Below, in pieces: positions 10,413 through 20,159 of a DNA stretch of 64,000 nucleotides (positions are counted from its first letter, which is position 1; every line of letters starts with the position of its first letter). The notes beneath the pieces are model-generated. The model saw only the letters and a list, made by a program, of their open reading frames with translations. It had not been told where the DNA came from and made no database searches. Position numbers and translations under genes: made by a program. Source of the DNA: Candidatus Krumholzibacteriia bacterium (GTDB lineage Bacteria > Krumholzibacteriota > Krumholzibacteriia > Krumholzibacteriales > Krumholzibacteriaceae); assembly GCA_963836185.1 (NCBI GenBank), contig CAWIIQ010000002.1:192001-256000 (forward strand), given 5' to 3'.

Positions 10413-11417
10413 ATGAACGCCCTTGAATCAAAAGATCTCAGTATTTTCCAGGCTCCCGTCATCAGGGAGCTTGAAACGCTGGAGAGCGACCTGAAGGAAG
10501 CCCTGAGGTCGGACCTTCCGCTGCTGAGGGAGATCTCCGCGGCGCTCACCGAGGCGCCCGGCAAGAGGATCCGCCCCAATATGCTCTTTCTCGCATCACG
10601 GAGCGCCGGCGGCTCGCCTGAGAAAGCCGCTGTGGCGGCTCTGGCGGTAGAGTTGATCCACACGGCGACACTTCTTCATGATGATATCCTCGACGCTCAC
10701 ATGACACGCCGCGGCAGGCCGACAGTATTCGCGAGGTGGGGAGCGGACTCGGCGATGATTATGGGCGATTATCTCTTCTCGAAGGCTTTCGCGCGTCTCG
10801 GTGAAGCGAAGCTGGACTCGGCGATAGAGGTCCTCGCGAAGGTGACCAACCTGATGAGCCTGGGCGAGCTTATCCAGCTCCAGCACAGGAAAGACATAGA
10901 TGTCGATGAAGACAGCTATATGGAGATGATCTACCGGAAGACAGCGTCACTGTTCGCTGCTGCCGGCGAGTGTGGCGCGCTGACCGGAAACGGGTCGGAG
11001 AAATTCCGGGCGGAGTTCGCCAGCTTCGGCGAGAAGATCGGCCTGGCTTTCCAGATCACCGACGATCTGCTCGATTACCTCGCGGCAGACGTGCAGATCG
11101 GCAAGCCGATAGCGAGCGATTTCACCGAGGGAAGGGTTACCCTTCCCTTCATATCGGCCTACCGCAACGCCCCCGGGAAGAGCAGGGAGCGGGTCAGTGA
11201 GCTGTTTCACAGCAGCTTCAATGATGAGGCCCGATGGAACGAGGTCATCTCGTTTATCGGGGAGCATGGCGGGATCGAATACAGCCTCAAGAAAGCCCGC
11301 GAGCTTGGCGAGAAGGCGAAGGATGCCCTCGTCCCGGTCTCTCCATCGCCGGAGAAGGACGCTCTCTGCTTCGCCGCCGATTACATCGTACAGAGGATCG
11401 GCCCGTTTACCGCCTGA
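10413..11417 (+). CDS. Polyprenyl diphosphate synthase
   Basis: GKRIRP, LLHDDILD and FQITDDLLD aspartate-rich motifs. Confidence 0.94.
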   Translation: MNALESKDLSIFQAPVIRELETLESDLKEALRSDLPLLREISAALTEAPGKRIRPNMLFLASRSAGGSPEKAAVAALAVELIHTATLLHDDILDAHMTRRGRPTVFARWGADSAMIMGDYLFSKAFARLGEAKLDSAIEVLAKVTNLMSLGELIQLQHRKDIDVDEDSYMEMIYRKTASLFAAAGECGALTGNGSEKFRAEFASFGEKIGLAFQITDDLLDYLAADVQIGKPIASDFTEGRVTLPFISAYRNAPGKSRERVSELFHSSFNDEARWNEVISFIGEHGGIEYSLKKARELGEKAKDALVPVSPSPEKDALCFAADYIVQRIGPFTA

Positions 11418-11469
11418 TGCATGTCTTTAACCCTGTATCCCGTACTTTGAAGGGTGTATAATCCCGCCG

Positions 11470-12471
11470 ATGATCTCCAGAAAGATAAGGGAAGCGCTAT
11501 TCTACGAAAAACTCGACGATGGCAGGGTCAGGTGCCGCCTATGCCCGAACCTGTGCGTGGTAGCCGACGGTTCCGCCGGCCGCTGCATGGTAAGGAAGAA
11601 CGAGTCAGGGATACTTAGGACCAATTCCTACGGCAACACTGTGACCGCCGCGATAGATCCGATCGAGAAGAAGCCTCTCTACCATTTCATGCCGGGAAGC
11701 CAGATCCTCTCGATCGGCCCGAACGGATGCACCCTCACATGCGACCACTGCCAGAACTGGCAGATCTCGCAGGAGCAGGCGCCGGTGAGGTACATCTCCC
11801 CGGAGGAACTTGTCGATCTCGGCGGGAGGGATGGATCGGTCGGCGTGGCGTTCACATACACCGAGCCGTTGATATGGTTCGAGTACCTTCTCGATGCGCT
11901 GCCACTTCTCACCGATGCCGGGCTCAAGTCGGTCCTGGTGACAAACGGCTACCTCAACGAGGAGCCGGCGCGCCGGATCGTCCCGCTGGCAGACGCGTTC
12001 AACATCGATCTGAAGGCGTTCGACGACAGTTTCTACCGGCAGTACTGCGGGGGGAGCATCGAACCGGTCAAGTCTTTCATAGAGCTGGCCGCCGGGCACG
12101 CGCATGTCGAGGTGACCTGCCTCGTCATACCCGGACTGAACGATAGAGAAGAGGAGATAGCGAAGATGGCGCGTTGGCTTTCAGATATCTCGCGGGAGAT
12201 CCCGCTCCATCTTTCACGTTTCTTTCCGCGTTTCAGGATGGATGGGCAGCCGCCCACGCCGCAGGAAACTCTCGAGATGGCGTTCAGGACCGCGCGGGAA
12301 TATCTTGATTATGTCTATGTCGGTAATATATTCATCGAAGGTACGGAGAACACCGTCTGCCCGTCATGCGGCGCCGACGCGATCCTCCGTTCCGGTTATT
12401 CGGCGCAGCTCCGCGCCGCGGGAGGCATATGTGCCTCGTGCGGCCATCACATAAAGGGGGTCTGGAGTTAA
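11470..12471 (+). CDS. amrS: AmmeMemoRadiSam system radical SAM enzyme
   Basis: CRLCPNLC, DPIEKKPLYHF, CTLTCDHCQNWQISQ, TYTEP. Confidence 0.92.
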   Translation: MISRKIREALFYEKLDDGRVRCRLCPNLCVVADGSAGRCMVRKNESGILRTNSYGNTVTAAIDPIEKKPLYHFMPGSQILSIGPNGCTLTCDHCQNWQISQEQAPVRYISPEELVDLGGRDGSVGVAFTYTEPLIWFEYLLDALPLLTDAGLKSVLVTNGYLNEEPARRIVPLADAFNIDLKAFDDSFYRQYCGGSIEPVKSFIELAAGHAHVEVTCLVIPGLNDREEEIAKMARWLSDISREIPLHLSRFFPRFRMDGQPPTPQETLEMAFRTAREYLDYVYVGNIFIEGTENTVCPSCGADAILRSGYSAQLRAAGGICASCGHHIKGVWS

Positions 12472-12846
12472 TTGAGTAAAGAGACACCAAAAAAGAAGGT
12501 CCAGCCGAAGGCTCTCGCGAGAAGGATCATCAAGGCCGTCTGGGACAAGAAGGCCGAGGATATCATCCTTCTCAACCTGAAGAAGATCTCCGGCGTGACC
12601 GACTATTTCGTGATATGCACGGCGGGAAGTGAGATCCACGCGAGAGTGCTCTCCGATGCCGTTTCGGACAAGCTCAAGGGGACGGACCTTATAGTCCATA
12701 TCGAGGGCCAGGAAGGCGGGCGATGGATACTGATCGACTGTTTCGACGTCGTCCTGCACATATTCGTGGCGGACGCCCGGGACTTCTACGGCCTCGAGAA
12801 ATTCTGGGGCGATGCCCCGAAGGAGGAATTTCCCGATGGCAAGTAG
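12472..12846 (+). CDS. rsfS: Ribosome silencing factor
   Basis: DKKAEDI, DYFVICT, WILIDC, FYGLEKFWGD. Confidence 0.95.
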   Translation: MSKETPKKKVQPKALARRIIKAVWDKKAEDIILLNLKKISGVTDYFVICTAGSEIHARVLSDAVSDKLKGTDLIVHIEGQEGGRWILIDCFDVVLHIFVADARDFYGLEKFWGDAPKEEFPDGK

Positions 12847-14515
12847 AGGCGAAAACATCTTTTCGGCCAGGGAAGCCGTCACCGGAGCGATCGCTGCCGC
12901 CCTTGCGAAGCTCGATATCGAAGCGGACGAGGGATCGATTCAGCTCGAGCGTCCCAACGATCCCTCCCACGGCGACCTGAGCTGCAATATCGCCCTTATC
13001 CTGGCGAAAAAGACCGGTTCTAACCCGAGAGAGCTCGCCTCAAGGCTCGTCGAAGAGCTCGGGCTCGACGAATCTTTCATCGACAAGGTGGAGATCGCGG
13101 GGCCGGGATTCATCAACTTCTCTTTTTCAGACAGATATCTGACAGGACAGGTCGCCGCAATAAACAGGCTCGGAGATGCTTACGGGGACTCGAATCTCGG
13201 CAAAGGAAAAAAGATGCAGGTCGAGTTCGTGTCGGCCAATCCTACAGGCCCGCTCGTGATCGTGTCGGCCCGCTCGGCGGCCGTCGGCGCGTCGCTGGTC
13301 CACATCCTGAAGAAGGCCGGCTACGAAGTCGAGTCAGAGTATTATCTCAACGATGCCGGCAGCCAGGTGCGCAAGCTCGGGGCCTCGATGATGGCGAGGT
13401 TCAGGCAGAGGACCGGGGAGGAAGTGGAATTCCCCGAGGATGGATACCCGGGCCAGTACCTGATCGACCTTGCCGCGGAGATCCCCGAATGCGAGGGGCG
13501 CTCGTGGCTCGAGAAGCCGGGCGAAGACGCCGTCAAGGCATTCGGCGACTATACCCTCGATAAGATGATCGCCTGGATCAAAAAGGATCTCGATGGGTTC
13601 GGCGTCTCGTTCGACGTCTTCTTCAGGGAGTCGGCCCTGCATGCCGGGGGCGCCGAGATAGAAGAGGTCCTGGCCATGTACAGGGACAGGGGCTCGGTCT
13701 ACGAGGAAGAAGGGGCCGTCTGGTTCCGGTCGACCGACTACGGGGATGAGAAGGACCGAGTGCTCGTGCGGAGCGATGGGACACCTACATACTTTCTCGC
13801 CGACGCGGCGTATCATCTCAACAAGTTCAGACGCGGATTCGATCGTGTGATAAACATATTCGGGCCCGATCATCACGGGCATATCGCCAGGCTCAAGGCG
13901 GCAGCGGCCGTATTCGGAGCGCCGGATGACTGGCTCACCGTGCTGACTGTCCAATGGGTCCGGTTGATGGAGGACGGCAAACAGGTCAAGATGTCGAAGC
14001 GCGGGGGTGAGTTCGAGACACTCGCCGACCTGGTCACCGACGTCGGGGAGGATGCGGCGAAATTCTTCTTCCTGATGAGGAAGATGAGCGCTCATCTCGA
14101 TTTTAACCTGACGCTTGCCCGGAAGGAATCGGATGAGAACCCCGTTTATTACCTGCAGTACGCACACGCGAGGATATGCAGCGTCATCTCTTACGCGCAG
14201 GGCGAGGGAGTCGACTTCCCTGATGACAGTTCGTGTGTCGAGCTCCTCACCGAGCCCGAGGAGAAGGAGCTGATCAGGAATCTCGTCATCTTCCCTCACC
14301 TGATAGAGGGAGCAGCCGCGGCTAACGAGCCTCACAGGCTCACTACTTACGGGCAGCAGCTGGCAGGTTCATTCCACAGGTTCTACCACATATGCAGGAT
14401 AGTCTCCAGCGACACCCGTCTCAGCGGGGCCAGGCTGATGCTGGCAAGCGCGACGCGGATAGTCCTCTCGGAGACTCTGCGTCTGCTGGGGGTCTCGGCT
14501 CCCGAGCGGATGTAG
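12836..14515 (+). CDS. argS: Arginine--tRNA ligase
   Basis: EFVSANPTGPL, KMSKRGG, NPVYYLQYAHARICS, terminal APERM; AGGAGG RBS before 12836. Confidence 0.97.
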   Translation: MASRGENIFSAREAVTGAIAAALAKLDIEADEGSIQLERPNDPSHGDLSCNIALILAKKTGSNPRELASRLVEELGLDESFIDKVEIAGPGFINFSFSDRYLTGQVAAINRLGDAYGDSNLGKGKKMQVEFVSANPTGPLVIVSARSAAVGASLVHILKKAGYEVESEYYLNDAGSQVRKLGASMMARFRQRTGEEVEFPEDGYPGQYLIDLAAEIPECEGRSWLEKPGEDAVKAFGDYTLDKMIAWIKKDLDGFGVSFDVFFRESALHAGGAEIEEVLAMYRDRGSVYEEEGAVWFRSTDYGDEKDRVLVRSDGTPTYFLADAAYHLNKFRRGFDRVINIFGPDHHGHIARLKAAAAVFGAPDDWLTVLTVQWVRLMEDGKQVKMSKRGGEFETLADLVTDVGEDAAKFFFLMRKMSAHLDFNLTLARKESDENPVYYLQYAHARICSVISYAQGEGVDFPDDSSCVELLTEPEEKELIRNLVIFPHLIEGAAAANEPHRLTTYGQQLAGSFHRFYHICRIVSSDTRLSGARLMLASATRIVLSETLRLLGVSAPERM

Positions 14516-14550
14516 AACACAATTGAAATCGATACGAAGGGAGACACTCG

Positions 14551-15462
14551 ATGAGTCTGGTCATAGTCGGTTCTGTTGCATTCGATACGATAGAGACACC
14601 GCGAGGCAGGGCGGACAGGGCGATCGGAGGGTCGGCTGTATACTCGTCGATGATCGCGAGCAGATTCTGCGAGCCAAAGCTTGTCGGTGTCGTAGGTGAG
14701 GATTTCACGGCGGAACACAAGGCGATCCTCGAACAGAGGGGCGTCGACATCGAGGGACTCGAGACCGTAGCGGGCGGGAAGACATTCTTCTGGGAGGGCA
14801 GATACGGGGCCGATCCGAACGAGCGCGATACTATCGTGACAGAGCTCAACGTATTCGAAAGCTTCAGCCCGAAGCTGCCGGAGAGTTATCTTTCGGCGCG
14901 GTTCCTTTTTCTCGGCAATATCGATCCCGTACTCCAGCTCGCCGTTCTCGAGCAGTTTCCCGAGAAGCCGGTCACTGGTATCGACACGATGAATTTCTGG
15001 ATCGAGGGAAAGCCCGAAGAACTGCGCAGGGTCCTGGAGAAAGTCGACCTTGTATTCATCAACGACAGCGAGGCGAGGCAGCTAAGCGGCGAATCGAATC
15101 TTCTCGAGGCGGCAGGCACCGTCCTCACGATGGGGCCGAAGGTCGTCGTCATAAAGAAGGGCGAGCATGGGGCGCATCTTTTCACCCGGGGTTTCCAGTT
15201 CATCGCGCCGGCATTCCCCCTCGAGGACGTGCTCGATCCTACCGGCGCCGGGGATACCTTCGCCGGCGGGTTCATGGGATACCTCGCGTCGGCCGGCAAT
15301 ATGGAACACGAGACATTGAAGAAGGCGATGATCTACGGAACAGTCTCGGCCAGTTTCACCTGTGAAAGATTCTCCGTGGAGAGGCTTAAAACCCTCGAAA
15401 TCGACGAAATCACAGGGCGTTATAACACCCTTTCGGACATCACGAGGTTCGACAGGGAATAA
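14551..15462 (+). CDS. PfkB family carbohydrate/nucleoside kinase
   Basis: GSVAFD, GGSA, DTMNFWI, DPTGAGDTFAGG. Confidence 0.93.
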   Translation: MSLVIVGSVAFDTIETPRGRADRAIGGSAVYSSMIASRFCEPKLVGVVGEDFTAEHKAILEQRGVDIEGLETVAGGKTFFWEGRYGADPNERDTIVTELNVFESFSPKLPESYLSARFLFLGNIDPVLQLAVLEQFPEKPVTGIDTMNFWIEGKPEELRRVLEKVDLVFINDSEARQLSGESNLLEAAGTVLTMGPKVVVIKKGEHGAHLFTRGFQFIAPAFPLEDVLDPTGAGDTFAGGFMGYLASAGNMEHETLKKAMIYGTVSASFTCERFSVERLKTLEIDEITGRYNTLSDITRFDRE

Positions 15463-15500
15463 CAGGGAATGTCATTCGCGCGGCCTGTTTCAGCCCGGAC

Positions 15501-15529
15501 TTGAGTTTTCCAACCGTTTGTGGTACAAT
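15501..15529 (+). promoter_or_regulatory. Putative sigma70 promoter
   Basis: TTGAGT-17-TACAAT with TG extension. Confidence 0.55.
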
Positions 15530-15569
15530 GCATTAGTGATAGTTTACACCTGCATGCCGGAGGGATCGC

Positions 15570-16508
15570 ATGCGTGACGGATTCTCCGAACGGGAGATTG
15601 TATATAGAGCGGAGGACCTGATCCTCAGATTGAGGGACGTCAGGTCATGCCGTATCATCACCGATGAGACAGGCGCGATCAGCGAGATCCACGTCGTCGC
15701 TTCCTCTGACAGGCCTCCCAAGATGATAGCGCGTGATGTCGAGACGGCGCTCAAGGCCGAGCTGGACCTCGAGATCGATTACAGAAAGATCGGTGTCGTC
15801 CTGATGGATCCCGTGAGAAGGGACGAGCCGATGGAGGAAACGCAGCCTCTTGAAGAGAAGCCTTTCCGCGATACGGACGGAGATCCCGGCTTGACGGACG
15901 AACTAGTCGATGAACGTTTCATCGAAGCCGAACCGGATATAGAGCCTGAGACTCCCGCCGCGCCGTTTGTCGAAAGGCGCAAACCGGTCGCTCCGCCGGA
16001 GCCGGTCCACACGACCGTCCATATTCCGCTGCCGGAGATCCACGAAGAAGAGACTCCTGATATGGCCGGGGTAAAACTCGAGTTCCTCGAGAACGGTGTG
16101 AGGATAGGATTCCGCGGACTGAACCTCTCGATGGAAGAAGACCTGATCAAGGCCGAAGTCAGGCTGACGAGCAATGGCCTTGAGGTTATCGGCTGCGTGG
16201 ATGAGTGCTGCGGCAGCAGGCCCGTATTCGAGACGATCGCCACCGCCGCGGTGAAGGCCCTGGTGGAACTGCTTGACGAGGATTTTCATCTGTGTTTATC
16301 TGAAGTCAGAGAGCTGGAAATTAAGGGCCGCAAGGCTCTTGTAGCTGTGGTCGACATGATCCGGGGCCGTGAATCGAGCAGTTTTTCCGGATGCGCGTTT
16401 GTCGGCCGAGACTCCGGCGAGGCGGCAGTCATGGCTGTCCTCGACGCAGTAAACAGGCCATTCGGCAGATGGAAGTCAAGACGGGAAATCCACTATCGCA
16501 TAAGATAG
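15570..16508 (+). CDS. Hypothetical protein (two globular domains, acidic Pro-rich linker)
   Basis: Long ORF with GGAGG RBS; EIHVVA...RDVETAL N-domain; C-terminal AAVMAVLDAVNR helix. Confidence 0.75.
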   Translation: MRDGFSEREIVYRAEDLILRLRDVRSCRIITDETGAISEIHVVASSDRPPKMIARDVETALKAELDLEIDYRKIGVVLMDPVRRDEPMEETQPLEEKPFRDTDGDPGLTDELVDERFIEAEPDIEPETPAAPFVERRKPVAPPEPVHTTVHIPLPEIHEEETPDMAGVKLEFLENGVRIGFRGLNLSMEEDLIKAEVRLTSNGLEVIGCVDECCGSRPVFETIATAAVKALVELLDEDFHLCLSEVRELEIKGRKALVAVVDMIRGRESSSFSGCAFVGRDSGEAAVMAVLDAVNRPFGRWKSRREIHYRIR

Positions 16509-16616
16509 AGCCGATCGAGTCCCTGTGGGTATTGCCCCTGATTCCATACCATTCTTCAAAAGCATTCCATTGTCGCCGTAAATGGGTATATATATCCATG
16601 CGGCGTTGTAAGTTAT

Positions 16617-16631
16617 TGGCATAAATACTGC
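16617..16631 (+). promoter_or_regulatory. Putative sigma54 promoter of the HD-GYP gene
   Basis: TGGCATAAATACTGC (GG-N10-GC) ~80 bp upstream of 16710. Confidence 0.6.
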
Positions 16632-16709
16632 AAGACAGCGCATGCAGACTGTCACATTCGGAGGGGAATACGTTTTGATACCTGACGATCGGTCAGCAGG
16701 TTTATCCGG

Positions 16710-18023
16710 ATGGAAGAGCAGAAAAAAGCTGGTATAGGATTCAAGGCATACTACACCCTGTATGTTATCGTGGGGTTTTTGTGCCTTGCCTGGTTTGCCG
16801 GTAATCTACCGGTTGGCCAGTGGCGTGACATAATTCTATTCATAATCCTGATCATAATCGCCGATTCGGTCCAGATATCCCTGCCGAGGGGCGGTGCGTC
16901 GATCTACGCATCCTCGCCGATAGACCTGGCCGGGATCATCCTCTTCGGGCCGGCGGTGATGGCCGTATGTGAGGCTGTTTCCACCCTGATAACCGAGGGG
17001 ATCTTCCAGCGAAGACCGATCATCAAGGTGCTCTTCAACATACCGCTTCTGGTAATGACAGTCGGTGCGTCCGGCCTGGTCTACCAATCTTTCGGCAGCC
17101 TTACTGACACGGATTCGCCGCTCTTCCTCGTGCCGCTCTTCGTGTCGGGTATGGTCTACTACCTGTTCAACACCTGGTCTGTCAGCGTGATCATATCTCT
17201 GAGAAGCTCGAAGAACCCGCTGCATGTCTGGAAACAGAACTACATGTGGAATTTCTTCCACATCCTCGCGTTCCTGCCGATCGGCGCGGTCATTGCGCTG
17301 CTCTACAAGAATTCGGGTGTGTGGACGATAGCCCTGTTTATAATCCCGCTTTTCCTGGCGAGGTACTCGTTTCAGCTCTACCTCGACATGCGTGAGACGC
17401 ATATCAATACAGTCGCGGCTCTGACATCGGCGATAGACGCTTCCGACCCCTTCACACACGGACATTCGTACAGAGTCTCCAAGTACGCGATGAGGATCGC
17501 GAGGGAGATGGGGATGTCGTCGAAGGATCTTGAGACTCTCGAGTACGCCTCACTTCTGCATGATATCGGGAAGATCGCCATCCAGAACGATGTCCTTCTC
17601 AAGGTCGGGCCGCTGACGGACGAGGAATGGGCGTCGCTGAGGTCCCATCCTGACATCGGCGCCGATATCGTCGAGCAGCTGAAGTTCCTCAAGGTCGCTG
17701 TCAACGTGATCCGCTGCCACCACGAGCGTCCTGACGGGACGGGCTATCCGAACGGGCTGAAGGAAGACGAGATCCCGATGCTCGCCCATATCCTCAATGT
17801 AGTAGACGCCTTCGACGCGATGACATCCGACAGGCCCTACAGGAAATGCCTGCCGATAGAGCGGGTCCTTGATGAGCTGCGCAGATACAGGGGCACCCAG
17901 TTCCACTCGAAGGTGACCGATATACTGCTTGAGATGTACTACAGAGGCGATTTCACGCTTATCGTCGAGACCGATGCGACCACTGAGATCTACGATTCGC
18001 TCGTCGAACACGTCCAGATCTGA
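16710..18023 (+). CDS. Membrane-anchored HD-GYP c-di-GMP phosphodiesterase
   Basis: Multi-TM N-terminus; GHSYRV, LLHDIGKI, HHERPDGTGYP, DAFDAMTSDRPYR. Confidence 0.92.
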   Translation: MEEQKKAGIGFKAYYTLYVIVGFLCLAWFAGNLPVGQWRDIILFIILIIIADSVQISLPRGGASIYASSPIDLAGIILFGPAVMAVCEAVSTLITEGIFQRRPIIKVLFNIPLLVMTVGASGLVYQSFGSLTDTDSPLFLVPLFVSGMVYYLFNTWSVSVIISLRSSKNPLHVWKQNYMWNFFHILAFLPIGAVIALLYKNSGVWTIALFIIPLFLARYSFQLYLDMRETHINTVAALTSAIDASDPFTHGHSYRVSKYAMRIAREMGMSSKDLETLEYASLLHDIGKIAIQNDVLLKVGPLTDEEWASLRSHPDIGADIVEQLKFLKVAVNVIRCHHERPDGTGYPNGLKEDEIPMLAHILNVVDAFDAMTSDRPYRKCLPIERVLDELRRYRGTQFHSKVTDILLEMYYRGDFTLIVETDATTEIYDSLVEHVQI

Positions 18024-18132
18024 CCAGCTCCCGCAAATCCTCAAACATCACTTTGAACACCGCCGTAGTTCGATTATAATACGCCGGTAGTCACTGGTAT
18101 ACGGAACCGGGCAATCGAAGAAAGGTCCGAGG

Positions 18133-19152
18133 TTGAGTTCAAAATACAAGGATTCGGGAGTCGATATAGACGCTGCCGGCAGGGCCCTGAAGGGAATAGG
18201 CGAACTGGTCCGCGGAACGTTCCGCAAGGAGGTCCTCTCGCAGGTCGGTAATTTCGGGGGACTTTTCACGATGCCGGAAGGGCTGAAGGAGCCCGTGCTT
18301 GTATCGAGCATCGACGGCGTAGGGACAAAACTGAGGCTTGCCTTCATGACAGGCAGGCACGATACCGTCGGAGAGGACCTCGTCAATCACTGTGTGAACG
18401 ACATCCTTGTCCAGGGGGCCGGACCACTCTTCTTCCTCGACTATTTCGGGTGCGGAAAGCTCGAGGGAGGCGTCATCGAAGCGGTAGTGGCAGGGCTTGC
18501 GAGGGGATGCAGCAATAACGGATGCGCCCTGATAGGCGGCGAGACGGCCGAGATGCCCGGATTCTACACTGTGGGCGAGTATGACCTTGCCGGCTGCATC
18601 ATCGGAGTGGTCGAGCGCGGCGAACTGATCACCGGCGAGAGGATAGAGGACGGGGACGAGGTCTGGGCCTTTCCCTCGAGCGGACTTCATACAAACGGGT
18701 ATTCACTTGCCAGAAATATCGTATTTGAGGATGCGGGGCTCGGTGTGGATGATGAGATACCGGGCGCGGGCGGCACCGTGGCCGACCTGCTGCTGGCGGT
18801 CCACAGGAGCTACCTCCAGGAGATCCGCGCGCTGAGGAAAGTCGCGGACGTAAGGGGGCTCGCGCATATCACGGGCGGCGGCCTTATCGACAATATCCCG
18901 AGGATCCTTCCCGAGGGAGTGGGAGTCGTCATAGAGAGATCCGCCTGGGAGACGCCACCGTTGTTCAGATGGCTTGCCGAAGCGGGCGCCGTGGATGATC
19001 TCGAGATGCACAGGGTCTTCAATATGGGTATCGGGATGATAGCGATCGTTCCCGCTACCGACTCTGAAAAGGTCCCAGGGGGCGAATATCGCTGGAATCC
19101 GATTAGAATCGGCCGGGTTTCCAGGGATGCAGGCGGCGTGGAACTGGGTTGA
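18133..19152 (+). CDS. purM: Phosphoribosylformylglycinamidine cyclo-ligase
   Basis: YKDSGVDI, DGVGTKL, GGETAEMPG, SSGLHTNGYSL, HITGGG, FNMGIG. Confidence 0.97.
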   Translation: MSSKYKDSGVDIDAAGRALKGIGELVRGTFRKEVLSQVGNFGGLFTMPEGLKEPVLVSSIDGVGTKLRLAFMTGRHDTVGEDLVNHCVNDILVQGAGPLFFLDYFGCGKLEGGVIEAVVAGLARGCSNNGCALIGGETAEMPGFYTVGEYDLAGCIIGVVERGELITGERIEDGDEVWAFPSSGLHTNGYSLARNIVFEDAGLGVDDEIPGAGGTVADLLLAVHRSYLQEIRALRKVADVRGLAHITGGGLIDNIPRILPEGVGVVIERSAWETPPLFRWLAEAGAVDDLEMHRVFNMGIGMIAIVPATDSEKVPGGEYRWNPIRIGRVSRDAGGVELG

Positions 19153-19169
19153 GAGCCGGTCGACTGTTC

Positions 19170-19198
19170 TTGACAGCCTCAGGAACCGGTGATACGAT
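19170..19198 (+). promoter_or_regulatory. Putative sigma70 promoter of the STAS pair
   Basis: TTGACA-17-TACGAT with TG extension. Confidence 0.6.
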
Positions 19199-19307
19199 TC
19201 ACTCGCGGGGCATTTTCTGTTTGTCCCGGACTGCGGATATTCTTATTATAGTTGTAAGTACGTTTGAAAATAAAGAATAAGGGAACACCCAGAAGGAGGA
19301 GTTCGAG

Positions 19308-19649
19308 ATGCTGAACGTCTCTCAGAGAGATGAAGGTGGAGTCCTGATACTGGACCTCGAGGGACAGATCGATGGCGGACCCGAATCTGAGAAGATCCAG
19401 GAGATCATCAAGGCCAGTATTGAGGACGGGCAGAGGAAATTCCTGCTCAACCTCAAGGATGTCAAGTGGCTCAACTCTCTCGGAGCCGGTGTACTCATCG
19501 CTTCGTACGCGTCTGCCAAGAGAGAAGAGGCAGCTCTCAAGCTCCTGTCCGTTACAGATCGCGTGGGCGTCGTCCTGAAGACATGCGGGCTGATCCCGGA
19601 AGTATTCGAGACATTTGAAGACGAAGCCGAGGCCGTCACAAGTTTCTGA
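19308..19649 (+). CDS. STAS domain anti-sigma factor antagonist
   Basis: LDLEGQID, LLNLKDVKWLNSLGAG. Confidence 0.88.
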   Translation: MLNVSQRDEGGVLILDLEGQIDGGPESEKIQEIIKASIEDGQRKFLLNLKDVKWLNSLGAGVLIASYASAKREEAALKLLSVTDRVGVVLKTCGLIPEVFETFEDEAEAVTSF

Positions 19650-19692
19650 CCGGCACCTTTGCGGCTGGAGTTTTAGCAAAAAGGAAGACAGG

Positions 19693-20034
19693 ATGAAGAT
19701 CAAGAAGAAGGAAGTCGACGGAGTAACTGTTCTCGATCTGTCGGGTGAGATGTACGGCGGACCGGAGAACATGAAACTCGTCGATGTCGTCATGGAGCTT
19801 GCTGAAGCGGGAACGCTCGACTTGGTGATCAACCTCTCAAAGGTGAAGTGGATCTCGAGTACCGGCCTTGGGATCATGGTCTCCGCCAGGTCCAAGTTCG
19901 CGAAACTGGGTGGAGTCATCAAACTGTCGCATCCGAACGACAGGGTCCTGGGAATACTTCAGGTGACACGGCTGAATCTTATATTCGATGTATATGACAA
20001 TGAGAAGGAAGCTGTCGCAAGCCTTCAGAAGTGA
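19693..20034 (+). CDS. STAS domain anti-sigma factor antagonist
   Basis: INLSKVKWISSTGLG, LQVTRL; start moved to ATG 19693. Confidence 0.88.
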   Translation: MKIKKKEVDGVTVLDLSGEMYGGPENMKLVDVVMELAEAGTLDLVINLSKVKWISSTGLGIMVSARSKFAKLGGVIKLSHPNDRVLGILQVTRLNLIFDVYDNEKEAVASLQK

Positions 20035-20159
20035 TCGGTGAATAAAGGCGATAACTGGCTGTCTGTGAAAGCGGCCCGTTCCGCCCTGGACTGTCGGAAT
20101 AATAATTGTCAATACGATGCCCGGCGCCTGCCGGGCATTTTCTTTTTCGGAGGTGGAAA

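Noticed and set aside
11470-12471. Radical SAM enzyme as a RiPP maturase for the Cys-rich peptide or the PqqD protein
   Set aside because: It is AmmeMemoRadiSam type, has no SPASM domain and lies in a housekeeping operon over 20 kb away
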